A DNA stretch of 64,000 nt from contig MU004188.1 in the NCBI GenBank assembly GCA_010093605.1, positions 375,673-439,672 of the forward strand. The letters run 5' to 3'. The notes under the pieces are model-generated. The model searched no databases, was not told where the DNA came from, and saw only the letters and a program-made list of their open reading frames with translations. How positions within the stretch are numbered: the stretch's first letter is position 1; each line of letters begins with the position of its first letter. The translations under genes and the position numbers were made by a program. The DNA is from Lophium mytilinum (lineage: Eukaryota). Positions 22,860 through 36,278 of the stretch are shown piece by piece.

Positions 22860-23759
22860 ATGTCACCATCATCAACCACCATCTCCAGTAACTCCCTCCC
22901 CATCGAGGCCCCAGACAAAGAGTCCCTCATAAAACGTAATCCTCACGCCGATTTCCCAGCCGTCCAAGCATCCCGCCCCTCCTATCCAACTCCCCCCTTC
23001 AACCTCACCAAAACCCCAAACCCAGACTGGCTTCCCGGCACAGGCGCTTCTGACTCCTCCTGGCGCCAACACGCTCTTCGGATTGTCGACCCGAATGGCC
23101 CAAACCGCACAACGGTCCAAAATTACAAGCTCATGATCTCCACCACCGTTCCCCGACCTATCGCCCTAGTAAGCACAGTGTCCAGCACTGGCGTAAAGAA
23201 TGTAGCGCCATTCTCGTTCTTTCAGGCCGTGAGCCAGGATCCGCCGCTCTATTCGCTCTCCTTCGTAGGCCAGGACCCCAACGATAGCCTAAGAAACGTG
23301 CTGGAGAGCGGGGAGTGCTGCATAAGTCTTGTTAGCGACTGGTTCATTGAAGCGGCGAACTACACTTCTATCAACACGCCACCTCATCTGTCTGAGTGGG
23401 AGCTTGCTGGGCTCAGCCCGGTGGCCAGTCAGGTGGTGAAGGCGCCGCATGTGGGGGAGAGTGCGTTCTCAGTGGAGTGCAAGTTGCATTCATCGCACGA
23501 TATCATTGGGAAGAGCGGTAAGAGGTCGGCGACGCTGGTGTTAGTTGAGGCAGTGATGTTTCATGTAAGGGAGGATGCAGTGGATGAGGCAGGAGTAACT
23601 GCAGATGCGGGGGTCTTGAGGGCAATTTGGAGGGGCGGCGGCATCACGTACGGCGTTTGTGCGAATGCGTGGGAATTGCCGAGACCGGAGACCTGGAGGG
23701 TAGAGCGCGAGAGGGAGGACGTGAAGAAGCTGGATAAGAAGACCAATGGAGCAGCGTAG
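22860..23759 (+). CDS. Flavin reductase-like, FMN-binding split-barrel protein
   Basis: 299-aa ORF with YKLMISTTVPRPIALVSTVS, NVAPFSFF, DSLRNVLESGEC, APHVGESAFSVECKL and GGITYG motifs. Confidence 0.88.
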   Translation: MSPSSTTISSNSLPIEAPDKESLIKRNPHADFPAVQASRPSYPTPPFNLTKTPNPDWLPGTGASDSSWRQHALRIVDPNGPNRTTVQNYKLMISTTVPRPIALVSTVSSTGVKNVAPFSFFQAVSQDPPLYSLSFVGQDPNDSLRNVLESGECCISLVSDWFIEAANYTSINTPPHLSEWELAGLSPVASQVVKAPHVGESAFSVECKLHSSHDIIGKSGKRSATLVLVEAVMFHVREDAVDEAGVTADAGVLRAIWRGGGITYGVCANAWELPRPETWRVEREREDVKKLDKKTNGAA

Positions 23760-23774
23760 AGAGATTGAATTTAC

Positions 23775-23897
23775 CTTTTCGTAGTTGATGGCGAAGGGCA
23801 CGGCGATCTTCGCACCGTGGGGCCAGTTTAGATTAAAGAATTCTCTCCATGGAACTGTCCGATGAGATCACGGTGCTAATCCTAGTTTCGACCTCAT
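23775..23897 (-). pseudogene. Frameshifted 5' remnant of a PuuE-like allantoinase / polysaccharide-deacetylase-family gene
   Basis: Minus strand gives RDLIG..GENS, then after a frameshift NWPHGAKIAVPFAINYEK, followed by a GTAAAT donor. This resembles the family N-terminus RDLxGYG...WPxGAKIAVxFVINYEEG. No downstream exons are seen. Confidence 0.6.
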
Positions 23898-25145
23898 TGC
23901 AATTTATTGCCGCCTTTTGGAATAGGATTTCTTTGGAGAACATAGTTAGATGATATCAACGAGATTACAAACGACAAGAATGCTAAAGAAAGGCGTCCCA
24001 ACTTATGACAGAGACTAGATGGGACTGCCTAAATTGTAGGGAAAAAGCGTCTTAACAAGTTATAAACGGGATAGACTTAGCAATAAGATAGCTTTCATAT
24101 GCAAGAGAACCTTTATATCGAGCCGTTGCGTGTAAGCCGCTGTGCCGCCGACAGCAGAGCTATTTTATCCCACAATTGAGGCAGGTTGAATAGACGAAGT
24201 CGACTGATCGCGTCTTTCTCTATCGATCCATGCTGTGAATATCTCTTCGACACAGACAGCGCTAACCGAGATGTATTGGGAAAGGTTTGATGGTGAAAGT
24301 TGAGTTGAGGTCCATCCGAGCACGTCCCCTCTGACGTTCTTCCCGTCTCGTCTTCTGCCGAACAGTAACTACCATCTCCATCCCATCAACAACTCCCACG
24401 CAAGGATTGCGCGCATATCGCCCTTCTAAACCGAACTATAGTTCCTTCACATGCGTATCAAAGCAAGTTGTTCGCATCAATGTATCCCTTTCAGCTTACA
24501 ATGGCAGCGTATTGACCATGCTCTACCCTCTCTCCACCACGTCGCCCCAACCCTCTACCACGTCAATCGCAACGACTGGACTTCGCGGATATTTTACCAT
24601 GTGAAGAGAAGAAGGAGTAGGGACACCGTAGTTTTGAGCCCCAACAGGCTCCACTCTGCGCCAGGATTACGGAGACATGCTGCTGCTCCGAAGCTTCGAG
24701 GACTCTTCAGGTCTCGCGTTCCTGCTATCTATAATCGGGGATACTAGACTGAGGAGCATATTGGATGCTGACGCTCTTCAAGTTCGGCAGAATTTCCGGT
24801 CTTATGCGGTCTCTTAAGAAGACTTTCAGAGGATGTGTACCTGGACGACGATCGATCTCACCCGCTAGGACTGTGAGATTAATAACATCTAGGGCACCTA
24901 AACCCTTCAGCCTCCATATAAATTTCAATTCCGGGAAAGTTACGCTCTATAAATTTAAACGTTTTCTCGGTCACCCAGCCTCGCCTATTAGCTCGGGACT
25001 CGCTGCAATTCTTGACGTATCGTATCGATATAGTGGCATCTATTCTATCCCGTACCACGTCTTAGAGTATCTTTAAACTATACCTCCCATAGTCCAACGC
25101 CTTTCCCAAATGCTAAACGCCGATCCATGCATTTTTGTTGGCTTT

Positions 25146-26416
25146 TCATTGCATACGCACAACCATCTTCTTCCCACCCATATCTCCTTTCTTCAGCATG
25201 TCTAATCCGCTCACTACTACTTCTAGACCGCCATCCATGACGTGGATCTCCGGTAATTTCAGCTCCCCAGATTGAAGCATTCGGTTTAGCTCCTCCGCGT
25301 AGAATATGTTGGACCTGTCGAGCACGAACTGCTTCATTTCAACGGTGTGTGCTGTTACATTCTTAGGGACGACCTGCTTCGACGACATCATGGCCAAAGG
25401 GGCAAACTCGACGGGAAGCGTTTCCGAGACACATTGCAGAACCAGTGCCGCAGTCTTCGGGCCCACCAAATCGATTGCTCGTGTAACTTTTCCCCCGGCA
25501 GCGGCTTTGATCTCCGATATGATCTGTTCGTCCGATTTGCCGTCTCTAGATATGACATGTGTAGCTCCAAGCCTCTGCGATAGGCTCTTCGTTCGCTCAG
25601 AGGTTACCGTGATCACGTTCAGTCCGCTCGCGATGGCGTATTGGGTCGCGAACTGCCCTGTCACGGTGGAGCCTCCCCAGATCAGAAGCCAGTCCGATTC
25701 ATGGCTTTCTTTTAGTGCTCCGGTAGTTTCTGGCAATGGCACCTCTAACCACTTCCACAGGGCCATTCCAGCGGTAAGTGCAGCAACGCCTAAACACGCC
25801 GCAGATTCAAAGTCTAGATTTCCAGGTATTGGTAGCACCGTGTGCTCGGGCACTACTACAAGCTCTTGGAAGCAACCAGCTCGGACGTCGCGGTAATACG
25901 TGCTTGTCCAGACTCTGTCCCCTGCCCTTAGATTCTTGACGTTCTTCCCAACTTTGTGTACTACACCAGACATTTCGCGGCCAGTTACCTATTGACTGTT
26001 AGATTACTGCAGTGGCTGACTGATTGGAAGATACTAACCCATGGGAATTCAGGGAGGCAAAAGTTGTAATCCACGGATTTCCAGTCGATCGGGTTCAAGC
26101 CAACGCAGCGGCTTCGGATCATCACTTCATCGTCGTCTAGGTGTGGGACGGGATGGCTGTGCCGCAGCTCATATTGGCCCTTCTCTGCGACGACCAATGC
26201 CTTGTGGACTTGGGGATGCGGATATTCGATCTTGTTTGGGCTCTCAACAATCTCTACGGCCGAGTCGTATTGCGCGTCTTTCTTCCCTCCGACAACAATC
26301 GTTGTGCTGCTACGTTTAGCCCGATGGCGACGAGCCTTTTTCAGTAGCCCGCGGATGCTCTGCCACGATGTTGTCTTGATGCTCAAAGGTTGTGGTTGTG
26401 TCTGAACGGTGGCCAT
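25146..26416 (-). CDS. Medium-chain dehydrogenase/reductase (GroES-like; quinone or trans-enoyl reductase type); intron about 25990-26038
   Basis: VGLNPIDWK, GREMSGVV, AGDRV, GCFQELVVV and the Rossmann motif LIWGGSTVTGQFATQ. Confidence 0.88.
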
Positions 26417-26871
26417 TGCGACAGTGCGGAAACAAATCCGAGATAACGGATTAGAAATGCAAAATACTGAAAGAGGAATCAGATACGATGGTGGTCTGAC
26501 TGTCTGAAGATGGTCGTGCTACCAGGAGGACATGACAGTGATATACAAACAGGAGGCAACGGGAGGTTTCAAGTTGCCGGCAGTGTTGAGCCTCTCCTGC
26601 GTGCTTGGGTAGTGGGATGAGGTCACAGAATCGGTATGACAGAAGGATTTTGCATCGCGGAAGCCACTACAGGACCGAATTGCCCTTTTCCGACCCGCGT
26701 GCGCCGACATACATAGGGCGGATGGCGTGCGCAGCCCCCCGTTGCTCGAATTGCTTTCCCTGCCCTCCCGCAGGCCAAAGGAAGAGTCGGCGTGGAGCAA
26801 ATGGTGCTTTTCCTCTTCCGTCGAGCCCTAGTCGAACCCACTTTCGGGTACTAGGAGCAGAGCCGATCGCG

Positions 26872-26886
26872 TCGGAAGCCTTCCGA
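26872..26886. promoter_or_regulatory. Palindromic Zn2Cys6-type site TCGG-N7-CCGA in the divergent MDR/AtuA promoter
   Basis: TCGGAAG-C-CTTCCGA is a perfect 7-bp inverted repeat. Inverted CGG triplets are the standard half-sites of Zn2Cys6 dimers. Confidence 0.5.
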
Positions 26887-27158
26887 TACCCGCCGAGGCC
26901 GCGATCTGAACACCAACAACAACAAATCTAGGAGTTTTTATGCTCGAGAGAACCAAACCTATGGGCTATACTACCCATGGCCCTACGGCTAGGTCTCCGA
27001 CGAGGTTTGGATGTTGAATGTCCCGCAGATTTGCGGTTGATATTGCGACTAGACTGGAGTACAGCTCCTGGCATATCAACTACTGCTGTCACTAAATATC
27101 AGACATCTGTTCCAGTATTACTGACAACAGCTTTCCCTAGTAGCACCAAGTCTTCAAG

Positions 27159-29037
27159 ATGGGTTCCGTCAATCCCCCGCGGCCGATCCGCATTATGAAC
27201 ATTTCTGGATCCCCTTCTGACCGCCGCGATGCCCTCGCAATCGCCGCCGCTTCCAATGAACCCATCGACGTATTTGTTGGAGACTGGATGTCAGAAGTCA
27301 ATATGCCCACACGAGCATACGATATTGTAAACAGTCTGGGCGTTGGGTACGAGCCAACATTCATCGAAACGCTCGAGCCGGCTCTGGAAAACATCGCCAA
27401 GAAGGGGCTGAAGCTAGCAGCAAATGCGGGCACAGTTGCGACGAAAGATTTGTTCAATATTGTCGTATCCATGGTAAAGGAAAAGGGACTGGATCTGAAT
27501 GTTGCTTGGGTGGAGGGCGACGCGGTGCTTGACCAAATCCAAGCATCGCTAAAGAAGAGCCCGTCTTCCTTCGTCAGTGTATGCACTGGACAGTCATTGG
27601 AAGATTGGCCTTATGAGCCCATCTTTGCACAATGCTATCTTGGCGGCATGGGCATCGCGAAGGCTTTTGGGGCTGGTGCAGACATCGTCATATGTGGCCG
27701 AGTAGCGGACGCATCCCCAATCATAGGAGCAGCAGCATGGTGGCATGGCTGGGCGGTGACAGAGTTCGACAAGCTTGCACAGAGTCTCATTGCTGGTCAC
27801 CTTATCGAATGTTCGACCTACGTGACTGGTGGTAACTACACCGGATTTAAGAGCTTGGATTGGGACACTATGCATGCCTTCGGGTACCCTATTGCAGAAA
27901 TATCCCACGATGCAGATGTCATCATTACCAAAGTCGAGGGAACTGGAGGAATTGTCAATGTTGAGACTTGCAAAGAACAGCTTCTTTACGAGATTCAAGG
28001 CGCTTACTACCTCAATGGCGATGTCACCGCTGTCATTGACAAGGCCAAATTCACAGAGATTGGAAAAAATCGGGTACGTCTCTCTGGAATCACTGGACTG
28101 CCTCCCCCGAGTACAACAAAGTGCGGACTTACAGCATTCGGCGGCTACAAGGCAGAGATTCACTGGGCGCTAGTTGGTCTTGATATCGAAGAGAAGGTAA
28201 AGATGCTGGATATTCAGATGAAGCATAGCTATGGAAAGGAGCGACTCTCCAAGTTTACCACGTTTGACCTCACCGTTTATGGATCCGTGGCGAAGAATCC
28301 CAAGAACCAGAACGCTGCCACAGTTGACCTGCGGCTTGTGGTCGAGTCGAAGGATCCGAAAGCTCTCTCAGTGGAGAACTTCATGAGGCCAGCATTCGAC
28401 ATCATCATGCAATCTTTCCCAGCAGCGACCTATCATCCAGACCGAAGAACAGCGTCACCTATGCCAGTGAGTTCCCCTGCTGCACCCCACGTAATAACAG
28501 TCACTAATACTCTAACAGTATCAAGAATACTTCCCAACTCTGATCCCCCAATCGACGCAAACAATTCACTTCTCCAACTCTTCCCTGAAATCTATTACCC
28601 TCCCACCCCCTTCAAACACCATTCCCCACAAGCCCCAACAGCCCTCATACCCGCCTACTTCCCCCGTCTCCCTCACCTCCTTCGGCCCCACCACTCCTAC
28701 ACCTCTCGGCCACGTCGTCCTTGCACGCGCAGGCGATAAGGGCTCCAATTGCAACATTGGTCTCTTCGTGCGGCACGAAGACGAGTGGGCGTGGCTGCGT
28801 AGCCTCCTGAGCATGGAGACATTTATCGGACTACTAGGGGAAGACTACCACGGACAGAAAATTGACCGGATGGAGTTTGAGGAGCTATGGGCGGTGCATT
28901 TCTTGCTACATGATTGGTTGGATCGGGGCGTTACGGCAAACGCGACGTATGATATCCTGGGCAAATTCTTGGCCGAGTATCTGAGGTGTAAGATTGTGGA
29001 TGTGCCGAATGTGTTCTTGGAGAGAGGGAAGATCTAG
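27159..29037 (+). CDS. AtuA-like (DUF1446, acyclic terpene utilisation family) protein; intron about 28467-28518
   Basis: IRIMNISGSPSDR, VGDWMSE, GVGYEPTF, YLGGMGI, GADIVICGRVADAS, AGHLIECSTYVTGGN, EQLLYEIQG and C-terminal ARAGDKGSNCNIGLFVR...DILGKFLAEYLR. Confidence 0.9.
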
Positions 29038-29713
29038 ACTTTTGAAGCGCCGAATTTTAGGGTTACTTTGTTCGTGAAGCTGGCTTCTATGCACGTGGAT
29101 TGCATGTGACGTTCGCTCTGCTTTTCCTCATTCGGTAATCGGGAATAGCCGCTTGGTGTTCCAACGCCGAACGCAAACGCTACTTCAATCCCGTCGTACA
29201 CACATAAAAACTAGGTTTAAGAGAGCTCCGGCATATGCGGCGACATGCATCCGCATTTCGGTCTGTCTGGCCCTGTCATTCATCCTTATCTCTCCAGGCC
29301 CTACTGACTCAGGCTATTCCTCGGCGCGTCGTTTCTCCCTCCCCGTCACGACCACCACCACCCATTCTTGCCGGCTGGGTTGGCCTCGACTCGGGACCTA
29401 GCGTCCCAGCAACCATAAGTTAGGATATCAAACCGCGCAGTCCGATGTGCCTATTGGTGGCCGGACCCGTGAACGTGAAGTGCCGGTCCAGAACGCGGTG
29501 CCGCACCCTGGATAGATGCCCAGGTTGCGCAAGTATGGCAGGCAGGAGTTGGGACAATGCCGAGATATAGGTACGGGAGGCCCACGGCGGGCAGCCGCAA
29601 GCATACTTCCTTTCTTAATTACGTCCCTCAAATAACTCATACCTCTCATCCCTCTCGCCGCTGTCTCTATTCTCTTCTATTCCATGAGTGTATGAATTCC
29701 GACTTTGACATAT

Positions 29714-32441
29714 ATGAACGTAATGAGAACGCAGGACAGCGCGAGCAGCGCGATTGCGATGAACAAACCAAGGCCAGTGAAGAGGGCGAGGGTTGCGGTG
29801 GCTTGCCAGAGGTGTAAGACGAGAAAGCAGATATGTTTGCCCTTTCTTTTACAAGGCCTTTCTCTTTTCAATCCCAGAGCATTCAGTTAGTCAAGATACA
29901 CTTCGAAGTCACAGTCCTTCACACTTGCAATCTTACTCTACGGGTTGAAATCACGACAGTCCCAATAAGACTGGAGCATGAAACTTATGCAAAGGGAATA
30001 CTAAAGCTAACTCCCCCAGCACAAATGCGACGGCGTCCACCCCACCTGCGCCAACTGCCGCAACTTCCAAGCAAACTGCGAGTACATCATGCCCTCTAAA
30101 ACCGTCAACGGTACTCGTGAACAGTACTTTCGCGCCGTCGAAGACCGCGTTGCGGAACTAGAAGGCATCCTCGTGCGAGAGGGGATCGGAGATGAGGGTA
30201 TGGTGAACTGGAAGAAATTACAGAAGGAGCTGGGTTCCGTTGGGAATGCGAATGCGAATGGGAGCGGGAGCGGTAGTGGAGGTGATGATGCTGGTAGTGG
30301 TAGCCCGCCCAAGAATCCAGTTATTATAGCAGCAGGCAGTGAAAATGGGATTGAGGACTGGGGCCTGAATTCGAGCACAACGCCGACCCCGACGAATGCG
30401 TTAGCCGTGAGGAGGCATACGAAGCGGCCGAGTACATCCTTTGATGTTGGAGACCACGCTGAGAGTCGGACTGATTTGTATGATTTCGGAGGCGTGGACT
30501 CCGTGGTCGAGATACTAAGGGACTTGTCGCTGGAGGCTAGTGGGGGGTATATTGGCGCATCGTCGCACATTACGATGGGCCGAATGATCGGATCGATAGT
30601 TAAGGCGAAAGAAAGCTTCACAGCAACGAACGGACGGGGAATCGAAGAACATCTTAGCCCGAAGTCGGTGTGCACAGTTGCAAGTCCACCGGATGGGATA
30701 CTGGAGGCGCGACATGTCCCGGCGGATATTGCGGAGAGGCTACTCAAGGGTTACTTGAAGCACATCTCGACTCGATGGCCGGTGCTACGAACCCCATATG
30801 TACGGAGGCTACATGCGGAAAGGCTGAATCTAATCGATCCGTATTCCACTGCGCTTTTGCACCTGGTGTATGCCATTGGGGGACGATTCCTGGAGACGAC
30901 CGGCGAAACGGGTAATTTCTTCCCGGAAGAGCACCATGCAGCAGCGCTGCGACACTTGGATGAAATATTGCAGTATCACGACATCCGATCTGTAGAGGTC
31001 CTGCTGCTTCTCTCGATATACAGCTTGAGAGCACCGAGAGGTCCAGGCGCATGGACGTATGTTGGACTGGCTATGCGGCAGTGCATTGATATGGGGTTCC
31101 ATCGAAGGACTCCTCGAAAAATAAGGTCGCTTATGGAGTCGGAGATGAGGAAGAGAGTCTTCTGGTCTTGTTACTGTCTAGATAGACAAGTCTCTATCAT
31201 TTTAGGAAGACCGTTCGCGATCTCTGATAGGGACATAGATGTTGAAGTAAGTACCTCCCTCCATCTGAGACGAATGAATCCGTCCTGACAATTGAAAGCT
31301 ACCTCTGGACGTCGATGAAGCTGTGGAAGACCCTGTGTTACTCGAGCAGGCACATCGTGCCGCAAAGATACAGGGAGACCAGCCTCCTTCCAAATCATCA
31401 TCTATGAGCTGCTTCATCCACATATGCCGCCTAAGAATCATCGAATCCAACATACAGCAAGCGATCTACCGCGTCGACCAACCTACTGGTGCAACAGAGG
31501 CAGAAGTCGAAAGGTTCGTCGTGCAACTAGAGCAATGGAAAGCGAACATGCCCCGAGACGCTCGAAACCCTGACACAACCTCAAACGTAGAATTAGACTC
31601 CATGTCCATGGATGGTTACGACTACTACGTACGTCTCTCCTCCCTCCCCCCCAAGATTTACGCTCAAACGCTGACCCTAATTCCATAGATGGTATACTAC
31701 TACAAATGCATGCGCTTCCTCCTCCATCCCCACCTCTCTCGGCAACAAACAAACACCCAATTCCTCCGCAAATGCGCCGACGCCTGTGGCGGCGTGTGCC
31801 AGACCTACAAAAAACTCCACCAGAACGTTTCCGTCGGCTTCTCCCTCATGGCGCTGCACTCCGTCTTCCTTGCTGGGCTGACACTAATCTACTGCGCCTG
31901 GATCTCGCCGCGCGAGGTCTTCAGCATCACCGCGTCGAACGACATGACTGCGTGCAGCATCGTGCTGTACATTATCACGGAGCGCTGGCCTGGCGCAAAG
32001 AAGTACCGTGATGTGTTTGAGACGATTAAGCAGAATGTGCTGGATAGCATCGAGGAAGGCAAGTATGCGCCAAGGCGGGCGATCAAGAAACTGAGGCCTA
32101 CGCTGCGGCAGACGCTCAGGACAATGGATAAGAATGAGGAGGGCCAGGAAGAGTTTGAGGCTATGGTTGCAGATATGGCTGGAGCGGAAACCGAAGCCAG
32201 TAGCGAAGGGAGTTTAAGCTTAAGCACGACTCCTAATACCGAGAGGTACGACAGTCACGACTTTGGGAATGGGATCATGGAAGGGGGGCAGTTTACGTTT
32301 GGGCCGCCGCTGGATAATCTGCCACTGGATTGTCATGGTGGGCAGTATGGGATGGATGTGCAGGATTGGATGCTGCATGATGCGTTGGACTTGAGTGGGT
32401 TTGAAATTGATGGATTTCAGGCTGAGGCTGGGCATTTCTGA
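29714..32441 (+). CDS. Zn2Cys6 transcription factor with fungal_TF middle homology region (PPR1/UaY-like architecture); probable cluster regulator
   Basis: ACQRCKTRKQ|KCDGVHPTCANCRNFQANC when 29831-30022 is spliced out. Middle region GLAMRQCIDMGFHR, RKRVFWSCYCLDRQVSIILGRP. Further GT-AG introns at about 31247-31298 and 31629-31688. Confidence 0.9.
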
Positions 32442-33196
32442 CTTCTGCTATGTCTATTTACTATTACTGTCTTTAGGGGCTGGGAAGATTCGACCGCGAT
32501 CTTGGTCTGGTTTCGTCCCGCGTTGCTGCGTATATATCAATCAGATTTTTACATTTTGGGTATAGGAAGCTCGTGGATATCACCTGGGAGACCTACGATT
32601 TGGGGGTATATAACAACAGAGATACCCCTTCCAGATATCACATGACCATTTGAATTTCACATTACAAACACTCTCAATCTTTGCTTCTTCCTTATCGCGT
32701 ACCCCTTCTTTCTCATCAGCACAGTTCCAACACCCACCACTTTTGAAGTGCATTGAACCAATCAGACACCATCGGCAACTCACAGCCGACCCTATCGGAG
32801 CAGCGCTCTTATTCCGATACCACAGAATATGTGAGCACGCTTGCGAATGACGAATTATGGAAGCTCACGATAACGCGATAAGAGACATACTTGGGAGCTA
32901 TGGAGAGGGGGGCAAGCGGGGGCAAGCGGGGTCAAAGTCGGCACTTCAAACTGAAAGGATGAGGACGACAGCAGGAACGGCTGTGATGACCAAGGAGGGG
33001 TGGGTAACACGTGGTGGGTACGAAGGATATGCAGGTACAGTGACTAGAAGCGTTAGCTGTAGACTATTCTACTGGTAGGACGGAGTCTCTGAACGCTTTC
33101 CTTTCCACACTTTTCTCATTATTCATACACTCTTCCGCGCGAACCGCAACTCAACCTTCCTCTCTAAAATCCGCCAATCTACATGGGCTATTCTAA

Positions 33197-34753
<1,557 letters not shown>

Positions 34754-35217
34754 GCTATAAGTTTGTCCATTTCACATTCGAAAATTAGAGCTCAATGATT
34801 TGTGATAAAGCAAAAGAACTACACCTGAGGTGTAAAATGGAAGTGTGTACTACCTACCCAGTGTGAGAACTCTTGGCGAAATAAAAGCTCAATGTACAAA
34901 ATGCTAGTAAATCTAGTTGTAGGCTCTTCGTAGAGGGCGTGTGCATATTGCGGTACCGGTTTACCATTTACAGCCCCTAAGTATAGAGCTCACCAGTGAA
35001 TCCGAGGATAGATTGCTTGATGAAAATGGAGAGGGGGAGGTGTGAATGCAGTACTGATTTTACACACGGACCACATGAATTACCCCTGACGCACATCTTG
35101 CATGACTCACGCCTTCCTTCGACGCCCCGATCCTCCGCTCGAAGAGGCCACGAATCGGCCAAACGTTTGGTTTGGCTTCCATTCACTAAGCCACTGCACA
35201 CCCAGAGTCTAGCAGCC

Positions 35218-35985
35218 ATGGCCATCGAACTACGTCCAATGGAAGTGGACGACTGCCTGCAATGGATGCGCATCCGCTCGATCGCGTATCAGGGCCCAAC
35301 GAATCTCATCGTCCACCATCGTCCGGTATCCGACGAGACTCTTGCCAAGGTAGCAGAGCAACGGAAGAAAGAGTTTCACGATCCAGGGACCTACCATTGG
35401 AAAGTTGTGGACGTCGAGACTGGGAAAATGATGACCGCGGCGAGATTTGAGTTGCACAACATGCAAGAGGAGAAAGGAGAGACAGAAAACGTGCCTGTCA
35501 AGAACAACGAGGCTCCATTTGTCCCACCAGAAGTCAATATGCCGGTTCTCATGGCACTTCTTGGACCTCTCCGCCAAGCACAGAGCGAGATCATGGGCGA
35601 TCGGCCATATCTGTTGCTCGACACGCTCGCCACTCTTCCCGAATACCACCGGAGAGGTGCTGGGGCAATAGTGGTGAAGTGGGGGGCAGAAAAAGCAGAT
35701 GAACTGGGCATAGAGTTCTATTTGACAAGCTCGATGGTGGCAAGACCTCTATATGAGAAATACGGCTTCGTTCTGGTAAAGGACAATTGGTTTGATCGAG
35801 GGCCCTGGGGAGGAGAGGGCTTAGATTGGCATGGGGTACGTGGCATCATTTCTTTGCTTCTATTGAAGGGATCCCTTGACTCTTTACGTCGTCCTTTGGG
35901 TCTTGATGTCGTATGAGTCGATCTTGAAGCTGGAGGCTAACCTTCCCAGTGCATGGTCAGGAAACCGAACACAATGTCAACGTAG
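35218..35985 (+). CDS. GNAT-family N-acetyltransferase (intron about 35836-35949)
   Basis: Starts MAIELRPM. Acetyl-CoA motif A LATLPEYHRRGAG and motif B ARPLYEKYGF. Final exon CMVRKPNTMST. Confidence 0.85.
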
Positions 35986-36278
35986 AAGACAGTCTCATTC
36001 TCCAGATCGTCTTCTCCTCCGATCATCGAGGATTATGGCTGCAACCAAATTCTCATTATGATTTAGATTAAACCTAGCATATTCTAGCAGGCGTATGTAG
36101 CGTATAAGTAACTTCATGACTACACTGCTAAAGTTGCATATAGGATGTTAAAAGAGTTATGATACTAATTAGCTGCCGTTGGCTCGCTAGCTTCTGATAC
36201 ATGCTATCTCCATTGCGCTGTAAAGTCGAGTACGACACGGTGTTGCAGATATACGCAACGTATGAAGGGTGCACTAAC

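Noticed and set aside
24300..25080. Minus-strand protein-like fragments (e.g. ILPNLKSVSIQY) suggesting a decayed F-box/LRR gene
   Set aside because: No continuous frame or diagnostic motif; it cannot be supported without a search.
29814..30022. Canonical or stwintron explanations for regulator intron 1 (GTAAGA at 29814, internal GTTAGT near 29886)
   Set aside because: GTAAGA lies in the conserved CKTRK codons and its use would remove a zinc ligand. I could not build a nested two-step splice that restores a GT donor and the frame.
34996..35217. N-terminal extension of the GNAT in the ORF track
   Set aside because: It begins at a non-ATG codon and looks non-coding. The ATG at 35218 has good context and starts the GNAT-like sequence.
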